This document shows positions 53,655 through 64,000 of a stretch of 64,000 nucleotides of DNA, piece by piece; position 1 is the first letter of the stretch, and each line of letters begins with the position of its first letter. A program made the position numbers and the translations under genes. Source of the stretch: Batkoa obscura (Eukaryota); assembly GCA_030770535.1 (NCBI GenBank), contig JASVEC010000020.1, positions 1 through 64,000 on the forward strand, read 5' to 3'. The notes beneath the pieces are model-generated. The model was given only the letters and a program-made list of their open reading frames with translations. It ran no database searches and had not been told where the DNA came from.

Positions 53655-54310
53655 TTTAAGAATAAAATTTTGATTTTTTGTTGATAAAGTGAGTTGCTTT
53701 TATAATCAAAGTATAGTCACGTTTTATGATTTTTTATGACTCAAACTGGATCAAGTGGAACCATTAAGAATAATTTCAAAGTATAGATAAGAGATAGAAG
53801 TAATAATAATAATAATAATAAATAAAGCTAAGATTTTAATTTAAAAAAAGAATATGATACTAATGTTTTTAGTCAGTGTAATCAAGGTTTTATTAAATTT
53901 CAAGCTTAAAAAGTAAAAATCATGTATTGATAAGTAAAAGCTAATTCAAAAACTACTCATTTTTGAAAAATATTACATTTTCTGAAAATCCTTTACTTTA
54001 CTTATGAAATAGACAAATAACATTATAAGCTACTGTATAGGGGATTCACTATCTGCCTAAAAAGTAAAAAATATTTTCTAGTAAGAAGTGCTTGATACCG
54101 AAATTCCATGTCACTACGACTTTAGGTTGCTTAAAATACTCCCTGGATTTGTAATACTCCTTAATAGATAGACTGATTTATTATAATATCGTTTAAAATA
54201 ATTAATAGCAGTGCTACTTAATATAAAATAGTAATAAGTAATTAAAAAAAATTCAACGTTCGAAAATGAGAAGTATTTTATTAAGCTTCTAAAAAACAAA
54301 TAGTAATAAA

Positions 54311-54417
54311 ATATGGGGATGTATTTTTTTGTTTAAGAATTTTACTAACAATTTTTCCACTTAAATAGCGCTTAAAAAATGAATAAAGTAATGAAATCAA
54401 AAAAAACATCCCCATAT
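54311..54417. mobile_element. Intact MITE-like copy
   Basis: 12-bp perfect inverted termini ATATGGGGATGT / ACATCCCCATAT plus T/A runs. Confidence 0.9.
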
Positions 54418-55400
54418 ATTCATTCTTTTTATAATAAAGTATCCTCGTAGTAAGTTTAATTTAATTTTAAGCTGAATTACTGAGTTTCTCATAGCAACTA
54501 CTTCTAACATTGATTATTTTCAAATGATTTTCAAACTCAGGATAAAATTCGTGATTCTATATAATAAACAATCAATGCTTATTAATAATTTAAGAAGGAG
54601 TGTAGTGAAATAGAAAGTAGTCCTTTAGGTAGGAAAGAACGGATGATATGGATTTGAGATTAGTATGAAGAAAGAGGTTTTTACAGTTATTTTAGTAAAA
54701 ATAAAGATAATTAAACTATATGTTATAATTTAAGATATTGAATAGATTGTTATAATGTTAATAATCATATTAGAATATTAAAGTACATGAATAAAAAACA
54801 TTATAATTTATGGACTAAAATCTTTATTGTGATACAAATATCATTTCACCTCCATATACCTTATAAAAATCCAATTACAAGATATAAAGTATTAAAGATC
54901 TAGATACAACGTTAGTTTAATCCACACTATAATAATAGAACTAAATTAAATTACATCTTAGTTCTTTTGTTTATCTTATCAGCTCAGCAAAATATTTACA
55001 TTAATGTTAAAAATTGTCTCTACTGATTTCTTTTTTGGTTGAAAGAGGAACGAAGAAGCTAGAAAGGTTGAAGGTCAATAACTAAGTCAATACTATGAGC
55101 CAGTTAATAAACATAATCTCTTTTCACTAAATTAACATACTGATTCGATTTGCTTTTTACATCCAGAAAAATTAACTTTTTATTAGACCGTCTGTAAGAG
55201 CCAGCAGAGGTCTATCATTTATGAATTATTAAAAAACTAGATGTAGAGGTATTTCCTTGTAAAAAGTATTTAAGATTGAGTCTTTTTAAATTAGATTCTC
55301 TAGTTTTAATTGGACAAAATTAACGCTGTTTAATTGGTTCTATTAAATTCAATTATTTTGAAAAATAAAATTGAAATAAGCTTCATTTAAACTTCATTAA

Positions 55401-57953
55401 ATGGGTAAAAAGAATCGCAAGAATAAAGGAAACAACGGTGAAAGTAACCCTCAACCAAGTCAACCTCGAGGAAATTTTGGAAATGGTAAGATGGGAATAA
55501 AACAGATTGCCAAAGCCGCCGAGAAAAGAAACAGTAATCTTGGAAAAAAGACATTAGATGGTAAAAAAATGAAAAAAAAAACTTCAACTGCAGACATTCG
55601 AACTCCAAAAGAACAACGTTTGTTCAATAATAGCAATGAGAAACTATTGTCATTTCCTGTTAACAAAATGGAACTTGGTTCAGAAATGGAAGATAATATT
55701 GAAGAAGAAGATGAAACTACAAAATTAGAAAAAGAACATATTGAGTTGACAAAGAATAAAAGGAAGGATGATAAAGATATAAAAAGCGAAAAACAAAGTT
55801 TAAAATTACCAATTAAAGATGTCAAGGGTAAACTGATTCGTGCTAAAGACGTAGTAGAATCAGAATCAGAAAGCGACAGTGAAGATAAAGAAGAAGAGGA
55901 AGAAGTTTTTAGTGGCAGTGAATTAGAATTCGAAGATGAAAATGAAAATAATGGAAACAATGAAAATGAAATTGTGGACATTAATTCAAAAGAATATGTT
56001 ACTGAAAAATTAGAACAGATGGCTACTATGGCTCAAGATATTATGAGTTCACCTGAAGATAATGTAATACTATTATTTGTTTGTTATATTAGGTTATATT
56101 TATACTAATTTGTTTTATTATTTATGATTGCTATTAGTATCCTCGACTTAAAGAATTAAAATTATTCTGTTTTGATAAAAACTTGATGGTACGTAAATAT
56201 GGTTATTTAACTTTATTATCTTTATTTAAAGATATTTTACCAAGGTAAATTTAATTACTATAACTAGTAATAATTGTATAATTATTAAACAATTATTACT
56301 ATATTAGTTATCGTATTCGTCCATTAACAGAAGCAGAAAGAAAGATGAAAGTATCTAAAGAAGTTAAAAAACAAAGGATTTATGAAGAATCTTTAGTCTC
56401 TTCTTATCAATCTTATATAAAAACTTTAATTAATCAATATAAAGGTAATTTCATTTATTATATAATTTATAATATTAGTATAATATTTTGTTTTATTTAG
56501 CTTCAGTTCAAAATGATGAAAAATATGAAGGATTTAAGACAATAGTAATTAAATGCTTAACAGAGTTGATGGTATCAAAAGCTGGCTTTAATTTTGAAGA
56601 TGACATTATTCAATTTATAGCTCGTAAAATGAGTACCACTAATGAAGATATGGATTTAGATAGATGTATTGAATATAGTGTTAGATTATTCAAAGAAGAT
56701 GAAATAGGTTATAGTAGCTTAAAATTAGTACAAAGTTTAACAAAAAGTATCAAACATAAAGAATATAAAATAGCAGCTAAAGTATTAAGGATTTTTATCC
56801 ATTTAAAATTAAGTGATAATTTAATTAAAAAAGATTCAGATAATAAAAACAAAAAAGATAAAGATAATAAAAATAAAAGAAAAATAGTTGTTGATAAAAA
56901 ATTATTAGATGAACGTAAAGAACATTTATCTAAAAAGAGAAAGAAAAGAATGAAGGCTCAAAAAGAAATTGAAAGAGAAATGCAAGAAGCTGAAGCTGAA
57001 TATACGGTTGAAGAAAAAGACAAAGTTCAATCCGAATTATTAAAAAGTATTTTTATTATTTACTTCCGTGTTTTAAAAGAAGCTCCAAGTACTCGTTTAT
57101 TCCCTGTAACCCTTGAAGGTCTTTCAAAGTAATTTTTAATTTACTACTAATTTAGTTTATATATTAAAATTTATTTTTAGGTTTGGACATCTTATTAGTG
57201 TAGATTTCTTTAGTGATTTATTATTGGTATTAAAAAAAATACTTAAAGAGGGATTAAATTCTTCAAGTAATAACAAATCGGATATAGTTGATCCAATAGT
57301 TCATTCCTCAGTAGAAGTAATACGTTGCCAATTATTATGTATATTAACAGCGTTTAAATTGTTGTCTGGGCAAGGACAAGCTTTAAATTTAGACTTGAAG
57401 GATTTTTATACATATATGTATGATCTTATATTAAAAGTAGCATATTTACCTTCATGTGAAAATAATTTAGAAATTGAAAATGATAAAAATAATTCACAAA
57501 AAAAAGATCAATTTATTGCTCCATCAATTTATCACTTAGTTATTGATTGTTTAGATGCTTTATTTTTTAGACGTGAAAGGGTTAGTTTGTTAAGAGCTGC
57601 TTCCTTCTTAAAAAGATTATCTACCCTCTGTTTTTATTATCCTCAGCCTACAGCTGCCAAACTTATGGGTATGTGTAAGGCCTTTTTAATTGTAAGTATA
57701 TTATTTATTTTTAAAATATAAGCACTGAACATTAATTTTCTAATAACAGAAATATCCTGGTCTTGATCGTATGCTTTCTTCTGAAGAAGTGGCTGGAGAA
57801 GGTTCCTTTCAGCCATTTGCTGTGGATCCAGATGCAGCCAATCCATTTAGTACACATCTCTTTGATTTACCTGCTTTATTCAATACTTATTATGATCCTA
57901 AACTTAAAAGTGCTGCTTTAGAAACTATTAGAGCTACTCAAATTAGAAAATAA
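55401..57953 (+). CDS. NOC3: Nucleolar complex protein Noc3, multi-intron
   Basis: LPIKDVKGKL, LFKDILP|SYRIRPLT, EIEREMQEAEAE, YFRVLK..LEGLS|KFGHLISVDFF, RAASFLKRL. Confidence 0.92.
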
Positions 57954-58082
57954 CTTGTTGAAAAATAGATTCGATTTAATAAAATAAAATAGAATAAACA
58001 AAACAATATGTAATAAAACAACAATTCTAGTATAACAACAATAGTAATAATAATAAATAACAAACAAATTTGGGTTTTATTT

Positions 58083-58734
58083 TTAAAGAGATTTTCCCAT
58101 AAATTTACGTTTAGTAAACATGGTCCACCATTTAGATGGAATAGTTTCTTGGCCATAAACTCTTTCCAAAAATCTTAATACTGTTTCTTGTCTTAATTGA
58201 GATATATACTGACGCAATAAATCTATAATAAGTTAATATAAATAACCATTGATTATTTCAGAAAACACTAATTCATAAAAACTACTTACCAGCTTCATGG
58301 CGGTCTTTTGGAGGGGAAAAAAGAGCATTTAATGGAAAACTTGGATCCCCGGGAATAGCAAAAGATTGTAAAGCAATATTATTTAAATGTTTTTGTACTT
58401 CATTTTGACTACTTGCACTTTTAGGTAAATTATTTAATAATTCGGAAATGAACAAAGTTAAATAAATCAAAGTTCTATCTGCTCCACCTTTAATTTCAAA
58501 ATTTTTAAATAAACAATTGGCACGAAATAAATTGAACGATTCATCAACAATGTCTTCTTCTTCTGAAGTAAAATTGGAGGATAAGATAGGTCCTCTTATC
58601 TTAGTTTTAAAAGGTAACATACTCATGTTACCTAATTGTTGTACCTCTTCTTCATTGAAATTAGAATGGTAAGCCTAACACAAAAATTAGTTGAAGTGTT
58701 TTGTTTGAATTGAATTGATTAATCTTACTGGCAT
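58083..58734 (-). CDS. ARC18: Arp2/3 complex subunit ARPC3, 2 introns
   Basis: MP|AYHS..LPFKTKIRGP..FRANCLFKNFEIKGGADRTLIY..PSKWWTMFTKRKFMGKSL. Confidence 0.95.
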
Positions 58735-59299
58735 TTTGAAGTTGTAAAAATAAAATGATTTTGTCTTTTTTTTGGATTTACCTGACACCTACCTACTCAA
58801 GTGGCTTTTATGAAGCATCCAATCAAATTTAATCAAAATTTTAGAACTTAAATATTATAGAGTTACAAAACTATAATATTATATATTATAATATCATATT
58901 ATTATTATTGATGTATTTTTAATAGCATTAAATCAAAAACTGATATTAGCTTGTTTATATTCATAAGTAAAAATCTACCATATACAATATTATTAGTAAT
59001 ATCAAGTGCTCTCTTAAATTAGTTATTATTTTTAATTTGATATATTGCTGCTACTAGCTATTTACTCAATATCATGATTAAACTAATAGTTCGCATTTAT
59101 TTATTATAATAACTAAGCTTAATTATTTGGTAAATTACTTATTGTCTTTATACAATATAATAATAATAATAAGATAAGATTTTATATTAATATTTTAAAT
59201 ACAAATCAGCTATGTCATGCCTTAATTTAATTGGTTCACTGTTTATAAAAACCAAGAAAATAATTATTTTTAAAATTATTAATCTTCTTTAATAACAAA

Positions 59300-59777
59300 A
59301 TGGGCAAGCAGGAAGGAGATACCACAATTACCACTGGGGAAGTCAATCTCAACGAAATAGTCAGCAAGGTCTGGGAATCCTACCAAAAGAGCACGACTAA
59401 CAATCTAAAATTGATCGATGTTTATATGATGTTTATTTTATTAACTGGTATATTACAGTTCATTTATTTACTTTTAGCGGGTACTTTTCCATATAACGCT
59501 TTCTTAGCTGGGTTTATTTCAACTGTTGGGAGTTTTACATTGGCCGGTAAGTTATTTACCTTCGTGTATTTATATAGAGATGCTAATGTTTTTTTAATAG
59601 CTAACCTTAGGATCCAAGTCAATCCAAAAAATAGTGAGTTTACTCATATATCTCCTATGAGGTAGTTTTAGTTTATAATATTCATACTAGTTTATTTAAT
59701 TGATTTATAGAGCTTTTGGAGACTTTATTTTTTGTAACATAATTTTACTCTTTTTTGTTACAAACTTTTTAGGATAA
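59300..59777 (+). CDS. OST2: Oligosaccharyltransferase subunit Ost2/DAD1, 2 introns
   Basis: LKLIDVY..GTFPYNAFLAGFISTVGSF..NLRIQVN..RAFGDF..VTNFLG. Confidence 0.95.
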
Positions 59778-60719
59778 AAAAGGACAGGTTATTGAAATAT
59801 CTCGTTAACTTTAAATGCATTATTAATAAAATATTACAATCTTAACTATTTTAACTTACTTCATGCAGAGAAAGATGTTTATATAATAAAATTGTAAATA
59901 ATATGTATCTTTAAATGCTTTAATGAAATTAGTAGTATGAGTAAAATAAATAAGCCCAAATGAATGATATATAATACAAAATTAGATGTTTAAATACGAA
60001 TACCTTATAAAAGAAGCACATTGAACTGGATAATTTTTTTTGAAAAATGTATATTTACATATTCTTTACATTATTTTAACAAATTTAATTATAGATCAGT
60101 ATCTTAAAATGTTGTTTAACTATTCGAATTTGAAGATAATAAGCTAAAAATGTATAAGTGAGACTGTACTTCGTAACATCCAGCTGTACTACCTCAATTA
60201 TATAAGTACAACCGGTGTAGCAACGCTATCAGTCAAAAGTTTCATGCCATATTTAATTAATTCTTAATTTGAAATCTTATATACATCCAATTAGTTAGAA
60301 TTTATAAAACTTTAACTAGTTAAGCTTTTTAAATTTAACATTAAATAGCTTACATGGCCTTGTATAGGACTTAGCTCACTAAATATTCGAGATTTGAAAA
60401 ATATTACTTTACTTCAAATTATTGCGAAAAGCTAAATTTAGATCAAATTACTCATTGACAACAAAGGCTTAAAACCATAGCACTCATTTTTTATTACATC
60501 ATTCTTTGCATTGTAAGCTAACTCGATTTAATTTCAACCAATAATAATGGCCAAGTATTAGCTAAAATTATGAGCTCCAGAACAATTGATTGGTTCTTAA
60601 TGTGATTGACCGCCTAAAAATAATCGACAAATTATTGGTTGAAAGAAATTATAAATAGCTTTAGTAATTGCATTATTTTTAATTTTTAATTTTTTTTGAA
60701 GAACTTTAACTAACATAAA

Positions 60720-62046
60720 ATGGGTACCCGTGTATATTTTGGTCGTTTACCACGCGATACTCGTGAAAGAGACATTGAAAAACTTTTACGTGGGTATGGT
60801 GAGCTTAGAGAAATCCATTTAAGAAATGGTTATGGCTTTGTGGTATTATTGTTATTATTTTATTTATCATTCCAACTTATTAATTATTTTATTAGGAATT
60901 TCGTGACTCAAGAGATGCTGATGACGCAGTCTATGAACTTGACGGACGTGACTTCCTCGGTGAAAGGTAAACTATTATTTTAGTTAAATAAGATAAACCT
61001 AATAAATAAATAGAATTATTGTCCAATATGCTAGAGGTGGTGGTCGTACCTATCGTGAGTAAGTGATCTTATACTATATCATCTAATAATTACTTAATAA
61101 TACTATTAGAACATCCTTTAATCGTCCAAACCCGCCAGTTCATACCAATAATCGAGTAATTGTGGATAATGTCCCTACTTCAGCTAGTTGGCAGGTAAGT
61201 AGCAATTATTAAATTAAGTTAAAAAGTATACAAACAAGGAATAAGATATTTATTTTAAATGTCATAGTTTTCTTTGTTTGTCTTGGCCACGGCATAACCA
61301 TATTTGACCAAGTGCCAAGACTTCAAGATCCATTGACCAATTCCAGTTTGAGTCCAACCAAGCCAATCCAACATTAAATAATTAAAATTTGTAGAGTTAA
61401 ATTTAATTTTACCATTCCAATTATTAGGATCTTAAAGATTTTATGAAAAAGGCTGGTGAAGTTGCCTTTGCCGACTGTCATAAACAAAGAGAAGGCCAAG
61501 GGTAATTTATATCATTACCGTTATTAGTATTAATAATTTATTTAAATTTTAAATAGTGTTGTTGAATTCCATAGCCATGATGATATGAGATATGCTTTAG
61601 ATCGTCTTCAAGATGCTGAATTTAAAGGAAATAAACTTCGTTTAACTGATGTACTTTATATTAACCTATTTATTATTTATACTAATAATTTATAGGGTTC
61701 AACTAGAGGAGGACGTTCTCATCGTTCTAGATCTCCATCCTACTCCCGTTCTCCACCACGTCGTCGTAGACGCTCCCCATCTCGTTCACGCTCCCCACCA
61801 CGTCGTCGTGGACGTTCTCCTCGTCGTCGCTCTTACTCCCGTTCATTATCTCCTCGTGGACCTGCACGTGATCATTCTATTGATCGCTCCCCACGTGGTT
61901 CTTTATCTCCAGAAGATATCCCTAAACACAAGGAAGATCTTTCACCAAGAGGTGAACGTGAACATGAAGAACATCGTGAAAATGATTTAGATACTCGTTC
62001 TCCAGTCCAAGAAAGAGAAGATATCCCACCATCAGTTGATGAGTAA
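60720..62046 (+). CDS. SR protein (Srp2 / SRSF4-5-6 family), multi-intron
   Basis: RRM1 RVYFGRL..NGYGFV|EF, RRM2 SWQ|DLKDFM, RS-rich tail RSRSPSYSRSPPRRRRRSPSRSRSP. Confidence 0.92.
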
Positions 62047-62471
62047 TTATATTATTAATTTTATTCAATTGCTGTAAAACACAATTTTTAACTCAACCTT
62101 TGTTGATAACTATTTTTGATTTATAAAACACTATCTAATAAAAAAATATTATTCTATCATTTACAAAATTGTAAAATATTTAGATAGTTTTAAATTTAAT
62201 TACTTTAAGTTATATTTAACATTGAATTATAATAGTTTAGTTAAATTGATATATCGAATTCTTATACATTTTATTTTATTTTTATATAATATAATATTTG
62301 GATTAAGTGCTTCAAAATATTAATTAATTTAAAAGTAATGAAAGTAATAAAATAAATGTGAATTATTTTACTAAAAGTTAAAAATTTAACATAATTAACA
62401 ATGATATTATTTTTGAGTTGTAGTTGAAAATAAAATAATTAATATCATTTAAATTATAAATTTTAATTGAC

Positions 62472-62943
62472 ATATGGGGATGTATTTTTGTGTTTAAGAA
62501 TTTTACTAACAAATTTTCCACTCAAATAGCGCTTAAAAGATGGAAAAAGTAATGAAGTCAAAAAAAACACTCCCATATATTTATCTGAGATATAGTTTAG
62601 TTTCTTATTTGTAAAATTATTAATTTAATAAAAAGAACTAGTTCGCTTAATAAAAATGATGGTAAATATAAAATAAAACACTACAATGGTTTATTAGTAT
62701 TAAAATGTTGAAAAAAAGATGTTTAATGTATTTATATAATTTAATCTATAGATGACTAACTTCATATTTATAATAAAAATAAAAATAGTTTTAATATACA
62801 ATTCCAAAATAGATACTAAAATTCTAATAAATTTAAATTTAATGGGAGTGTTTTCCTTGACTTCATTACTTTTTCCATTTTTTAAGTGCTATTTAAGCGG
62901 AAAATTTGTTAGTAAAATTCTTAAACACAAAAATACGTTCTCT
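62472..62943. mobile_element. Inverted pair of MITE-like copies (62472-62578 and ~62841-62943)
   Basis: Family consensus in both orientations. Confidence 0.85.
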
Positions 62944-63064
62944 AATTATTTGGTTTTAAATTATACCGAAACCCCAAAGAATCAACGTAATCAAAACTTC
63001 AAAAAAGTATAAATATGAATATTAAAAAAACTACTAAAAAAAAACATTCAAAAACTCATAAGAA

Positions 63065-64000
63065 ATGAATAGTTTAACACCAGTAGTATTAGGCGTAAGT
63101 GTAGGTGCAGCTTACCTATTTAGTAGAATTTGTAAAAAAGATGAATTTAGTCCTTGGTATACTAAATACTTCAGTTTATTTCATCCAGAATATCCATTTC
63201 AATTGGACTATGATAAAGGTTATGAAAAAATAATGAAAATATTCAAAGATAATTGAGCAAGGAAGATAAGTAGGTGCTTCAGTTACTGTTTACTCTAATG
63301 GTAATAAAGTAGTGGATAGTTATGGTGGTTATCAAATCTTTGAAAAAAAGATCCCCTTCACTGAAAATACATTTTCTACTGTTTATTCAAGTACTAAGTT
63401 TATGGTATGTAATTATATTTTATTTTAATACTTTATTTTAATACTTTATTTTGACAGACAGCTTTAGTTGTTAGTAGATTAGTTGATCAAGGTTTACTTA
63501 ATTATAATGACAAAGTTACTAAATATTGGCCAGAATTTGGAAAGAATAATAAAGAGAATGTAACTATTGGAGATGTATTAAGACATGATGCTGGTATTCC
63601 ATATTTTGAAGAAGAAAACCCAACATATGATGATGCAAAAAATCCAGTTAAAATGAGAACTTTCCTTGAAAATGAAAAACATCATTTTGATGGTAAACCA
63701 GAACGTGCTTATCATGCCATTACACGAGGCTTTATTTTAAATGAAATCGTAAGAAGAGTCCATCCAAAAGGATATAGTATTGGAATGATTCATGAAAATG
63801 AACTTAATTTATTATTAAATAATGAATTTCATTTAGGATTAAGTAAAGAATTACAAGATAGACGTTCTAAATGGTATACTTATCCAATAGTTGACTTGTT
63901 CTCTGTATTTTTTCTACCAAAAGCTTTATTAGGTGATAAAAAGTATACATTTAATCCTAAACTCTTAGGTAAAGATTCTATGCTTTCTAAAATCATGAAG
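63065..64000 (+). pseudogene. Beta-lactamase-like hydrolase paralog with frameshift and stop; runs off the window end
   Basis: Collinear with the 14147 gene (FSPWY, VGASVTVYSNG, YSSTKFM|, WPEFGK, RHDAG, YHAITRG); TGA at 63254, frame change, and TAA at 63267. Confidence 0.65.

Noticed and set aside
55183..55214. Isolated hairpin TAGACC..GGTCTA (and a similar one at 60160-60235)
   Set aside because: No box motifs or supporting context; too short to call an ncRNA
63254..63256. In-frame TGA as selenocysteine or readthrough
   Set aside because: Homology resumes in another frame, which also contains a TAA, and the position is not a Cys site

Overview
This window is the left end of a chromosome from an AT-rich, intron-dense eukaryote. 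The gene set (Atg8, Vma1, importin-alpha, AA11-type LPMOs) and the mostly 40-60 nt GT-AG introns point to a fungus; an early-diverging lineage such as Entomophthorales/Zoopagomycota is my inference, not verified. It opens with about 128 TAACCC telomere repeats joined to a 413-bp TG...CA LTR-like segment. About 29 tightly packed protein genes follow, mostly housekeeping, with almost no subtelomeric buffer. A ~105-bp MITE-like repeat occurs at 16 or more intergenic sites, often as locally homogenised inverted pairs. The most striking unexplained feature is a ~0.9-kb ORF-free segment (46.69-47.59 kb). It folds into nested long-range helices whose G-U wobbles favour the minus strand, and it carries two 8-nt telomere-template-like words, making it a candidate large ncRNA, possibly telomerase RNA. 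Multi-exon gene boundaries were spliced by eye and are approximate.
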